Below are positions 35,261 to 45,800 of a DNA stretch of 64,000 bases, piece by piece (position 1 is the first letter of the stretch; every line of letters starts with the position of its first letter). Position numbers and translations under genes: made by a program. This stretch comes from a virus (lineage: Duplodnaviria; Caudoviricetes), in the IMG/VR virus record IMGVR_UViG_3300027804_002812, positions 1 through 64,000 of that record, one strand, 5' to 3'. Under the pieces are notes generated by a model. It did not search any database. It had not been told where the DNA came from and saw nothing but the letters and a program-made list of their open reading frames with translations.

Positions 35261-38247
35261 TAGTTATTAGTACAGTTTATACTTATATTTATCCCTGAAT
35301 TCAAGGAAAGTGTCTCATTAATATTTCTTTCGGTACAAGTTAGACTTGTAATTGTTAACAAATTACCATTTAAGAAAAATGTAAATCCATAATCATATAG
35401 TTGTGGAAGATATTGTATTAAAGCATTTCTCCACATTGTATTAGTTGGTACATCAGTCAAACCATATCCAACATAGAATAATTCTTTAATTATTAAATCC
35501 CCACCAATCCTTAAATCAACATACCAATTACTTTCAACTGAATTCTGAATACAGTCATTTAATGTTAACCCACTCTGTGCTAACATATTATTGACTCTAT
35601 TTGATAAGATACTACTGAAATTACTAACATCAACATCTCCATTCAACCAAGGATATATGTTGAAGTCCGTATATTCAGTTGTACAGGTGTAATCAAAAAT
35701 ATTAGATATGATGAAACAAGGATCGACAGGTACAGGAATAAACTGACATCCTCTTTGTCTTCGATAAACAAACTTTTGTCTTTGGAATATTGAATTTTCC
35801 ATTCTAACCCCCGTGTTCCATATTGTTGTTGCAGGAATCATTTGTTCCACCAACTTCATCCAATAAGGACCAATACCATTTACATAATCAATTAATTTTT
35901 GATAAGTATATTTGTTATTAGGTAACCCAACCGCACTTTCGGATTCAATGTACTTCCAAAAGATTGATTGTAATGTTGGATAACCTCCAGTTTTTCCATC
36001 AGTAATGTATTGACGGTTTCTAACATTAATCATGTTCTCCCAAAAAGTTTGAGAGAATTCAAAAAACGTTTTCTTTTTTGGCTGTGGATTTACGAATGTA
36101 GAATCAACACCACCAGGTACAGGATATCCAACGGTTAGTCCTGATTCAGGAATTGGATAGTCATATCTTCTTGATTGGTCCCAAACATCGTAAACTAAAC
36201 CTTGTGCAGGATTTAAGAAAAGGTCTACGTTTTTAACATTCAAAACTAACTTTTCATTGTCAACGAAATAATATGCATTATAATCCGCACTTGTTGAAAC
36301 TCTGATTTTATCATCTTCTTCCAACCAAGATTTATTATTATCAACTACTTTTCTAAGTTTGAATCCTTCAGTCATAAACGGAAAGTCTCTAAACCTATTC
36401 AAGTAAGGTTGTCCATAAGTAAATGGTGCTAACTGTGTTTGAATATTAAAATTTTGGCCTGTGAATACTTGGCCAGTTACTGTAACTTCGTCAGGACTTC
36501 TATGTGATGGTGTTGATTCGTACCATCCAGCCCCTATTTGAAAGAAATAACTCTCTGTATTGACAGGAGCTTTCGGATATCCCTCCAAATCGACAGGATA
36601 ATCATCTAGTCTTGTCGTCACATCTTGATACGTATTCGTGGAGGTAAACGCACTGAATGTTTGTCCTTTTATCTTATACGTTGATCCAGGTATAAACCCT
36701 GGTGTATTTTGAACATATGTACCTCCTGAAATTGATGCCCACTGAACCCCAAACTGGTCCATATTTATTTTTTGGTCTGCTAAATAAATGTGTTCATTAA
36801 ACTCTATCAATGAATCAGGTGCACCTATTAATCTTAACATAAATTCAACAGACCTTCTCGTTCCTTTTGATTTGAACAAATAAGACGCGTTCAAAATTAG
36901 ATTACGATAGAAAGCGTAATTCAATTCTGTTGGTGTTAGGGCTCTTGCATATCCTGGATATGTTGGAGTTGAAGTATTTCCGAATACCGAACTTAGAAAA
37001 TCCTCGTTTGTTATTGGCGAAAAATTTGAACTCCATCCTAAAGTTTGTGCCAAGTTGACCAAAAGTTGTGATGGAATATCATTTGAAGGATTGTAACTAA
37101 CAGAGTTCATATACGCCAACGCATCTATGAATTGTTTGATTTGGTCAAAACTTCTACCGTAAATTTGAAATATCTTTTCAACTTTTTGTCCTAATGTATC
37201 AAATTCTTTTAAGGAATCAGTCACCAAAAATCTTGATATTAAATTTGTTTTGAATGAGTCCAAATTAATGGCTATCGCCTCAAGTTGACTTAAATAGTCT
37301 TCAAATAAAAATGATTTAATATCCAAGTTCCACGGTCCTTCTTTTGGCCATGTTACTTGCTGATAATCCGTGAAAAATTGACCAGCCTCATTCTGTTGTG
37401 GAACTTGGAATACCGCAGTATATTCAGGTCTAATAAGTCGGTTGAGTAAGAACTTTTGAACCTCATCGAAATCTTCAGCGAAGATTCGGTCAACCACAAA
37501 ATCATTTGGTCTGACTTGGAACTCTTCATTCGAAGTAGTTGCCGTAGTACCAAATGGTGAACCCGACACAATCAATTCAATAAATCCTGAAGATAATGTT
37601 TGTGAAGGTCTGAATGCAACAAGATTATAAATATTGTCATTAATCGCAACACAGTAATCCAAATAGGTGTTATATAGATTCCTATAAGGAGAAACCGTAA
37701 TCTCCCTTACTGATAAGTTTGTTGTTGCACTTAATGAATAATCAATATCAAATGGGTTATTGATTCTACTAGTATCTATTCTGAATGTAGTTTCATTTAA
37801 TGTTGAATCGTAAGATATATTAGTTGCTGTCGCGCCAGTAACGAAATCCTCATTATTGAACTGTATATCCAAAGATGCTGGAAATCTATGGATAATTTCA
37901 GTAATTGAAACTTGAAATCTCTTACTTAATGACCCATACATTGAAAAGTTTAGGACCTGTGACACATCATAGTTCGGATATACTCTGAACTGTGTCGCCA
38001 TTATTCTTCTACTCTCAGTTAAATCAGTAATATTTAGCCCCTCCAAACTTATAGGTTCAGAGAATGCTCCTACATTAAAGTCTCTAGTTACTCTTTCTGT
38101 AACCGAAGTTGTGAACTCAAAGTTACCTTGCGTAAGTCCTCCTCCTTCAACTGTTTGTAATCCTACAATATTGTCAGAGAAGGTTGCGGCTCCACTACCC
38201 GGCCGTGGTGGGTAAAAAAATTTAGTAGTACTTTGAGTCGTAGCCAT
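35260..38247 (-). CDS. Large structural protein, baseplate wedge (P2 gpI/T4 gp7-like motif)
   Basis: LVNLAQTLGW...YLFKSKGTRRSVEFMLRLIG resembles the KGT motif of gpI/gp7-type wedge proteins; baseplate context. Confidence 0.5.
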   Translation of the reverse strand: MATTQSTTKFFYPPRPGSGAATFSDNIVGLQTVEGGGLTQGNFEFTTSVTERVTRDFNVGAFSEPISLEGLNITDLTESRRIMATQFRVYPNYDVSQVLNFSMYGSLSKRFQVSITEIIHRFPASLDIQFNNEDFVTGATATNISYDSTLNETTFRIDTSRINNPFDIDYSLSATTNLSVREITVSPYRNLYNTYLDYCVAINDNIYNLVAFRPSQTLSSGFIELIVSGSPFGTTATTSNEEFQVRPNDFVVDRIFAEDFDEVQKFLLNRLIRPEYTAVFQVPQQNEAGQFFTDYQQVTWPKEGPWNLDIKSFLFEDYLSQLEAIAINLDSFKTNLISRFLVTDSLKEFDTLGQKVEKIFQIYGRSFDQIKQFIDALAYMNSVSYNPSNDIPSQLLVNLAQTLGWSSNFSPITNEDFLSSVFGNTSTPTYPGYARALTPTELNYAFYRNLILNASYLFKSKGTRRSVEFMLRLIGAPDSLIEFNEHIYLADQKINMDQFGVQWASISGGTYVQNTPGFIPGSTYKIKGQTFSAFTSTNTYQDVTTRLDDYPVDLEGYPKAPVNTESYFFQIGAGWYESTPSHRSPDEVTVTGQVFTGQNFNIQTQLAPFTYGQPYLNRFRDFPFMTEGFKLRKVVDNNKSWLEEDDKIRVSTSADYNAYYFVDNEKLVLNVKNVDLFLNPAQGLVYDVWDQSRRYDYPIPESGLTVGYPVPGGVDSTFVNPQPKKKTFFEFSQTFWENMINVRNRQYITDGKTGGYPTLQSIFWKYIESESAVGLPNNKYTYQKLIDYVNGIGPYWMKLVEQMIPATTIWNTGVRMENSIFQRQKFVYRRQRGCQFIPVPVDPCFIISNIFDYTCTTEYTDFNIYPWLNGDVDVSNFSSILSNRVNNMLAQSGLTLNDCIQNSVESNWYVDLRIGGDLIIKELFYVGYGLTDVPTNTMWRNALIQYLPQLYDYGFTFFLNGNLLTITSLTCTERNINETLSLNSGINISINCTNN

Positions 38248-39155
38248 TAACTAGTTATATTTGTAAAGTTTTTGCTGAAATCGATATTATTACCTCTACT
38301 TTGTCTAACCTCATAAAGAAGAGCATTAAATTGGTCTCTAATTTCGTATAGGTTGTACTGTCTATAGATATTATCATTAGAGTCGTAGATAGTGTAGATA
38401 CCATCATCAATAGACTTAGTTTGATTACCATATAGCGCAATAGCAAGAGAAGAAATATCGTACTCAACCATTTCAATCTCAATAGATACTGGATTGAAGA
38501 AGGTATTAGAAATAATAATATCTTGGTCAGGCTGTCCGATGTACGGAGTTGCGTTTGGTTTGTTCGTTGGTGATGAAGATGGTGAAAGAGTTAGGAATAT
38601 CAAATTTGAGTTTCCTTCAACATATCTATATCTAATCGCTTTTTGTGTTGTATTAACTTCATTTGTCACAACAGGTTCACAGAAGAAACTTGATGTTACA
38701 ACTCTGAAGAAATTAGGAATTTTCGACCCATCAGCGTTTAGATATTCAACTCTGAATCCAACCAATCCTTGTGGAACAAATTTGTTTTGATATTGTGTTG
38801 GTACATCAGAAACGTCAATTATAATACCCTTAACGTTCGGTAATGCACTTAATACACCACAATCACTAATTACCGTTCTAATCTCAGCAGGTCTAATATA
38901 TAAAGTGTAAATCCCCAACGCGTTAAACTGATTTGCAGGTAGTGTTAAATTATAAAGGCCTCCCAAAACTTCAACACCTGCATTCCCCCCTGTTTCGGAG
39001 TTTGCGAAGTAAGGTCTTAATATTGTTTGTGCATCCAACTTTGTTAGGACAAACTGGTCTGTCACATCCCTTGTAGGTGTGTAATTCATAATGATATCAA
39101 CATCCGCTGGTGAAACATCTGAAGGTCTTATTGTACCGTATGAGCCGATTGCCAT
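38247..39155 (-). CDS. Hypothetical structural protein
   Basis: 302-aa beta-rich ORF in the tail/baseplate block. Confidence 0.6.
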   Translation of the reverse strand: MAIGSYGTIRPSDVSPADVDIIMNYTPTRDVTDQFVLTKLDAQTILRPYFANSETGGNAGVEVLGGLYNLTLPANQFNALGIYTLYIRPAEIRTVISDCGVLSALPNVKGIIIDVSDVPTQYQNKFVPQGLVGFRVEYLNADGSKIPNFFRVVTSSFFCEPVVTNEVNTTQKAIRYRYVEGNSNLIFLTLSPSSSPTNKPNATPYIGQPDQDIIISNTFFNPVSIEIEMVEYDISSLAIALYGNQTKSIDDGIYTIYDSNDNIYRQYNLYEIRDQFNALLYEVRQSRGNNIDFSKNFTNITS

Positions 39156-39171
39156 ATTCTCTTATTTAATT

Positions 39172-39179
39172 TATAAATA
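39172..39179 (-). promoter_or_regulatory. TATTTATA motif (candidate late promoter element)
   Basis: 16 nt upstream of the ATG at 39155, intergenic. Confidence 0.45.
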
Positions 39180-39194
39180 CTTTATTTCCTTTTT

Positions 39195-40289
39195 TCAATT
39201 AATTCTTTCTTTATTAACTACGTTGAAAAATCCATATCCATAGTTAATCATATCTCCCAAGTTATCTACTTCACCTAACCTCATCACTCTTTCGTAAGCA
39301 CTATTCTTTCCTCTTTCAACGAATATATTAGTTTGTATTTGTGCTTGGTCAATTACTTTGAGTAAAACCTCATCTTTAGTGATAGGTTGTGCGGTCAAAT
39401 TATTCGATGTTAACCCCGATGATTCTTGGAAGAATATTGTGGTCCCATCATTGTAATCATAGTAATGAACTCCAGTAATTGTATAGGCAGTAAATACAGG
39501 ATTTATATCTGAGATTGCCCCCCATATTTGTCCATAACTAATAACAGGCACACCAACTTGAAATTTAGGGCTACCATACAACGCCAATTCATTTACCCTA
39601 GATTTTGTATTGCCTGAAACCATGAATGGAATTGTAACATAGTTATTAGATGTCTGAGCCGAAACTACGTTCACCGCATCTCCCGAAAAAATGTAATCGT
39701 AAGATACAGGTGTCCCAATCCAATTTCCTGTGGATGGCGCAAAAAACGCTTCCCCCTGTGGATTATAAATTACAACATCAGTAAATGGAACATTGATTGT
39801 TTTCGATACCTTTGTTATACCCCAAGGATTAGTTTGTTCTAAAGTTATAGTATATTGTTTGGTCGCGGTTGGATAAGTATGACTTATTGAATTGGGGGCA
39901 TAAGTTGTTATGGTTTGTTTCGGACTTCCGTCCCCCCAATCCACTCTATACACCGATAACTCCAAAAACTTTTGAAACTCATCCGAAGTATTGTAAACAT
40001 TCCATACGTATGGATTAGTTGTTGTTGAAGAGAATAGAAAGTTCGTTACAACATCTTTTTGTAACACCGCTCCATCAAATGGACTATAGTATCCCGCATC
40101 AACCGCAGTTTGTCTTAATAAGACGTTTACAGATAAACCAGTTAATATTGAAGTCCCATTAGGTCCTGAACTAACAACTTGCGTCATTGCCGAATAAACA
40201 CCAACAGGAGTCCCTTGGTAATTTACCACAGACAAATCTCCTTTAATATTCTCAGGTGAAACTATGAATCTATAACTATCCTGTGACAT
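39195..40289 (-). CDS. Hypothetical structural protein with a PKD-like motif
   Basis: YRVDWGDGSP...SHTYPT...YTITL. Confidence 0.6.
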   Translation of the reverse strand: MSQDSYRFIVSPENIKGDLSVVNYQGTPVGVYSAMTQVVSSGPNGTSILTGLSVNVLLRQTAVDAGYYSPFDGAVLQKDVVTNFLFSSTTTNPYVWNVYNTSDEFQKFLELSVYRVDWGDGSPKQTITTYAPNSISHTYPTATKQYTITLEQTNPWGITKVSKTINVPFTDVVIYNPQGEAFFAPSTGNWIGTPVSYDYIFSGDAVNVVSAQTSNNYVTIPFMVSGNTKSRVNELALYGSPKFQVGVPVISYGQIWGAISDINPVFTAYTITGVHYYDYNDGTTIFFQESSGLTSNNLTAQPITKDEVLLKVIDQAQIQTNIFVERGKNSAYERVMRLGEVDNLGDMINYGYGFFNVVNKERIN

Positions 40290-41125
40290 TATTGTGGTGG
40301 ATTTACGTACTCATACCATTTTATGGGGATATTGGTTCCCACCCTTTGTCCACTAGTATTAAACACTTGGTAAGTCTGTGTTTCATAATCAAGTTTTACG
40401 GTATAGTAGAAAAACTGTGTATTATCAAAATAATACTTGTTATTTCTACTTAAATTGACTTGGGGTCCGTTAGTAAGATCGATTGGATTCGCTCCTCTAC
40501 CTGTCATCATTTTTGTGAACTGTCCCGTCTTCGCATTAAAAAACTTAGCGGTCATAAAAAATGTATTTATATTAAGAAAATTTCGTTTCTTCAACCAATA
40601 CACAAAAAACCCTTCTTTATCACCAACATAATCCAAAACAAATTGAGGTTTTCTAATGTTAACCAAAGTCCTTTGCATTTGAGTTTCCATAGTCAAACCT
40701 TGTTGTGTTGGTAATATAATTGTCAAATAATTTGTTTGTTGTTTTTCGTCAGGAGTATCATAGAAATCCAACTTGAAAAATGAGTTGGCAAATACATTCT
40801 CATAATAATATACTTCTTGTGGAGTAAATCCTTCACTTAAGTAATTGATTCTCCAATTACTTGAATCGTCAAGAGACCCTCCAGAATAAAAGTAAAATTC
40901 GTAGTTAATTAAAGTGTCATTTGTAGTACCTGTTGCAGGTGCGTGTGCAAATCTTGAGATTTCAAAATCTCTTCCTTTACCTATAACATCTCTAATCGCT
41001 TTCTCCTCATACTCATCAATAGCCAAATCTAACCCCAAATAATCCCACTTGAGTTCAACAGGAATGTTGATTTGTTTGTCAACAAAGCCAGTTTGTTTAA
41101 TTACAAATTTATTCGCACTCATCAA
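40289..41125 (-). CDS. Hypothetical structural protein
   Basis: 278-aa ORF, coupled to neighbours. Confidence 0.6.
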   Translation of the reverse strand: MMSANKFVIKQTGFVDKQINIPVELKWDYLGLDLAIDEYEEKAIRDVIGKGRDFEISRFAHAPATGTTNDTLINYEFYFYSGGSLDDSSNWRINYLSEGFTPQEVYYYENVFANSFFKLDFYDTPDEKQQTNYLTIILPTQQGLTMETQMQRTLVNIRKPQFVLDYVGDKEGFFVYWLKKRNFLNINTFFMTAKFFNAKTGQFTKMMTGRGANPIDLTNGPQVNLSRNNKYYFDNTQFFYYTVKLDYETQTYQVFNTSGQRVGTNIPIKWYEYVNPPQ

Positions 41126-42806
41126 TTAGTGGTTTAATTGCAAAATCAAATCCATCAAGATTATCATTATAATTTATTCCTTCAGGTATCAATCTGAAAA
41201 TCACTTGGGTATATGGATATTGTGCCGAATTCAAAAATGGATAATTAACCCCACGACGCAAGTTGTCAATAAACCCATAGGTATAAATATCTCTCCATCT
41301 GAACTCTTGGTCGGCAGTTGAGTAAAATGCCCAACTCGGTACATTATCAATTAAACCCAATTCAGCGGTCTCTATATAATCCGAAAAAACTTTGAGAACC
41401 ATAGTGTTATGTGGTTTATAATAATAACCTGGTGAATTGGTTGAAAAATTATTTGTAGTCTGAAAAACCTGTTGGTTAAACTTTATCTTATGATAATATG
41501 GCGATACTACACGTTCTACTTGTTCATAGTCATTCCACTCACAAAAATCACCATCCATGACATCTCCAGGTTTCAAATCTGTGTTGTAATAGAATGTTTT
41601 AGTCGCACCATTGGTGAGAGTATATGCCGAAACTGGTATACTTGTATTTGACCTTTGATTATTTAAGTCCCACCAAGGATTAGGAGTTTTAGATAAATTA
41701 AATTCCCATCCCTGTTTCAACCCAACTCCGTTGAATGATTGATTAAAATATCCTGAATAACCCTTATTAACAATAGTAAGACTTATTTCATTCAGTGGTC
41801 TTTTTTGATTATCTAAAAAACCCGCAAAGTCTAAATCATAGTTAGATGTTACGTCATATGCATTACTACTAGATTTTTGAGATATTCTTGTAACGTTGTT
41901 TGGAGTTATAGAACTATATTCCAATTTCTTTTCTTCCCCAAATACATTTTTTTCAAATCCCGCTTTTGTAATCGCAAGGTCGTTTAAGTTAGTCAACACC
42001 TTATATTTTTTTACATAATATTTCGATTTAGTTTCTGTTAAGTTGTCAGGGTTAATTACCCTCCTAAACGTTCCAATCGTGCCATTACTAAATGTCGCAC
42101 CTGTAAATCCAATGTTAAATAAATTGAAAACATGTGTACTACTTCCAAACAATCCATTACCAATAGAATATACCTGAAATATATTAGACCCCCTATAAGT
42201 TAAAGATAACTCAACATATTCTCCCGTAGTTAATCCATGAGGAGCAACACAGACAAATGAAACTAATCCATTACCATTCTGTGTAGTATTCCTGATTGAG
42301 AATGGGATTCCACTAGACGCAGTCCAGTTGACATCATTATTTGTTGTCGAGTAATATGTTAATTGTCTATTACTATCATTCTCGTACGGGTATGTTAAGT
42401 AATACATCCAATTATAAGTGTAGGCACTTTTTGCTTTGTACTGAAAGTGATTGTCCCCCACATTAGGTCTATAAAAATCAAACTCGTAATATTGAGGAAA
42501 TCCTCTCCATATCCCACTTTGTTTTGAAGCTACAGGGTCACTGTAATAAAGGTTGTATTGGAAAGGTAAATAAGTTGTTGAACCAGTATACGTGTTGTCA
42601 TACAAGTATGTAATCTTGAAGGTAGGTCTGAATATCGTACTAGTCTGTCTCTCATCATCATAAATCTGAGCTAAATTCAAGGTTGAAGTCCTATCATACT
42701 CAGTCAGTTCTTGACTCTGTTCTTGGAGCGTTACAGAAAGTTCCTCATCTAAAGATGGGGCACCCTTATATCTAAGTCCACTCGGTATTATTGTATACTT
42801 ATTCAT
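41109..42806 (-). CDS. Hypothetical structural protein
   Basis: 565-aa aromatic/Asn/Thr-rich ORF in the baseplate block. Confidence 0.6.
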   Translation of the reverse strand: MNKYTIIPSGLRYKGAPSLDEELSVTLQEQSQELTEYDRTSTLNLAQIYDDERQTSTIFRPTFKITYLYDNTYTGSTTYLPFQYNLYYSDPVASKQSGIWRGFPQYYEFDFYRPNVGDNHFQYKAKSAYTYNWMYYLTYPYENDSNRQLTYYSTTNNDVNWTASSGIPFSIRNTTQNGNGLVSFVCVAPHGLTTGEYVELSLTYRGSNIFQVYSIGNGLFGSSTHVFNLFNIGFTGATFSNGTIGTFRRVINPDNLTETKSKYYVKKYKVLTNLNDLAITKAGFEKNVFGEEKKLEYSSITPNNVTRISQKSSSNAYDVTSNYDLDFAGFLDNQKRPLNEISLTIVNKGYSGYFNQSFNGVGLKQGWEFNLSKTPNPWWDLNNQRSNTSIPVSAYTLTNGATKTFYYNTDLKPGDVMDGDFCEWNDYEQVERVVSPYYHKIKFNQQVFQTTNNFSTNSPGYYYKPHNTMVLKVFSDYIETAELGLIDNVPSWAFYSTADQEFRWRDIYTYGFIDNLRRGVNYPFLNSAQYPYTQVIFRLIPEGINYNDNLDGFDFAIKPLIDECE

Positions 42807-45800
42807 CTACAGAATACTTTGTTTTGAATTTATCCAAAGCGGTTTGTCCGACAATAGTTCCAAAATAAAATTGGAATGGAGCTCCAACCACAAATTTTTG
42901 TTTCAATGCCCCAGTTGCAATATATTGACCATTACCAACTGTTCCATTGACATTGAATATATATCCTCGTGCATTCAAATCATTAGATTCTGAATTGTTA
43001 CTCCAAAAATACTGAGTATCAGATGCATATCTATCTAACGATTGATACCTAACATTTTGAACAATGTCTGATAAAGATGTTGCCCACGTATTATTTTGAT
43101 TACCGAAAATAAGATTAGTGTTAGCCAATTTCCATTGATAAAAAGGTACCACCTGTGATTTTATACTATAAGGGTACGGATAATATCCTATGTCATCGGT
43201 ACCTCTGAAATTTATTCTACCAGGTGTCAGATAATCTTTAGTTTGTAAATCTTCCGTAGTAGATGAAAACCATACTGCAATAGTTGGATCTTTTTCAGTC
43301 CCTAAAATTTGTGTAGGTGGATTAGTATCACCAGATAAAATATCATAATATTCTGGTGAAAAATTAATATTTCCAATTTCACTATTAATTGACAACAGTT
43401 GAGCAAGGTCTCCATCTATCCTTCTTTCAGGTCTCGAAAATAATTGATTGATGGAGTTATCTCCTGCAGGTATTAATTGTTCTAAGAAATTTTCATCTGT
43501 AATTCTTGATATTACAAACAAATTAATCAAATCAGAAGTATCCCCATAGCTTGTTGGATTTATGTTAGGTAATATAAATCCTCGAGTTGTAGGGTCAAAA
43601 GTTATTTCAGAATAGAAATAATCTTTCATTCCCAAATTTATGACAGTGGTGGGATATAATAAGTTCAAATCATTAATACCTCCATCTTGTTTGTTTACTA
43701 TTTTTCCAACAAATTTGTTTGTTGTAAAATTGTATGGGCTACTTCTATAATAGAAGTTGTTACTATCCCGATTATAATACACCACATCTTCACAGAACCG
43801 AACCTGACCGACTTTATTTTGTCTATTATAAAAAGTATCAACTTGTATTGGAAAGAAATATAATGAACCGTTAATCCAATTGTTCATAAATGATTGGGAA
43901 AGTACTCCTCTACATAACCCATAAAAGAATCTGAATCTATACCCCCATTCATTAAAGTTTGAAAGATCTTTTCCTAAATCAAGTAGTGGCCTTCTTAAGA
44001 ACAAATAACAACCTTTATACACATTATCCTTTGTAGTACATTCTTGATTTATTCCAAAATTGTCACCAAATCCTTGATAACAATCTAATCCAACCATATT
44101 TTCACAACTAAATGTTGAAAACACGGTCAAATCATTTGGTAATCCATCAAGATCTTCAATTGGTATCTCGGCACCAGTTTGATATGACGCCAAATCCAAT
44201 GGTTGATCGGGGTCAGTGATATTGTAAAAAATAAAATTATTATTTTGTTGTAGTAATGCCGGATTAGCTTCCCATGAACTACCATTCAACGCATCGGATG
44301 ATGGTAACCTATCAGTCCTCATAACGTTGTTTATTTTAGAAGAGATTGGCATAGGATTTACCAATAACTGAGGATATCCGTTAGGAGTAAAATACTCATA
44401 TTTTACATCATTATAATTAAAATTGAATGTGAGTAAAAGAAATGGTGTGAGTGAAAATGCGTCGATGTTCGAAAATATATAGGACCCTCCTGATACATCT
44501 TCAGACAGATCATATTTTGCAGCATTTTGAGTCGATGAATAAAAATCATTATTAGTTCTACTAACCATAGCAGTAACTCCTCCTAAATTCTCGTCCCTTA
44601 ACCTGTTGTTGTTAGATGTCGCGTCTAAGCTTCCATAGTAACCAACAGTCGATGTTGTAAATCCAGAAAAGTTATTTCCCGCTTCGAAAAAATACGACGG
44701 ATAAAACATACCACTTTGGGTAAATGGTTGGACCGATATATTAGTTTGAGTTAACTTTTGTATTGGTATATTTAACCTTGTTTGTGCAGTAAATATAAAT
44801 TCAGAGTCATCAATATTTTTTCCAAATATTCTTCCAAGTCGATATTCATTTGTATATTTTGGAGAATAAGGGTCAACACCTCTTTGTAATACTAATATAT
44901 ATTGTTCACCCATCTCAGTAAAAGCACTCATTGGGTTAATCAAGAAATCGTCATCCCGTCTATACCCCGGAATAGGGAACGCCCTTTTTTTCGCCAAAGT
45001 AATTCTTGATGGTGCGTTTAGAACATTTGGGAAAGTCTCCAATTCATTTGTATTCCATATTTTGACTGCATCCGCAATCGTTATGGCGGTCACTACTTGA
45101 AAATATTCCCTGTCTTGAGGGTATGATTGTCTTACAACTGTACTACCTGTTGGTAAAGAATAAGTTGTGGTTTGTTCTGAGGTCTGATTAACCGCATACT
45201 TTACATCGATTAAGGCCGAACCAGTTATTGTTGTTCCTGTAATACCATTAACAATTCCATTCTCGGTTTGAGCAGTAAATAAAAAATTCCTGTCCGAAGT
45301 TGTTGCAGGATTAACAGTTGTCAATAATTGTCCGGCTTGATAGTTGGAATTAGAAAGTACAGTAATCGTATTATCGAAGTGAAATTTACCAAGGTTAGAA
45401 TCTTTTGCGAAGGTAACTTTAATTCTATTCAATCCCTCAAAATAGTTTTGTCTTGAATTGAATATATTAATTCTTTCTCCCAACGTCAAACTATCTGAAA
45501 ACGCAAAGTGTTTTCTTTCATCAGATTCATCGGATAAAAATCTTTCAACAGATGATACTGGAGTTTTGAAAATATTCAAATCCGACACAGAATCATTATT
45601 TCCCGCAATTGCTTGTGAGAAAATAGAAGATTTTATTTGTATATCTTCAGAAGGAGTTCCGTCCGCTCCAAAAATTGACTCTAGTCCCTGATAATAACTT
45701 GGTGGAAATGAAACATAAGACAAAACTCCAGAAGTACCTCCCAAAAGAGCCTCAGAATTTAGTTTGCCTTCATTACAAGAACAAGATTGACATTCCGGAT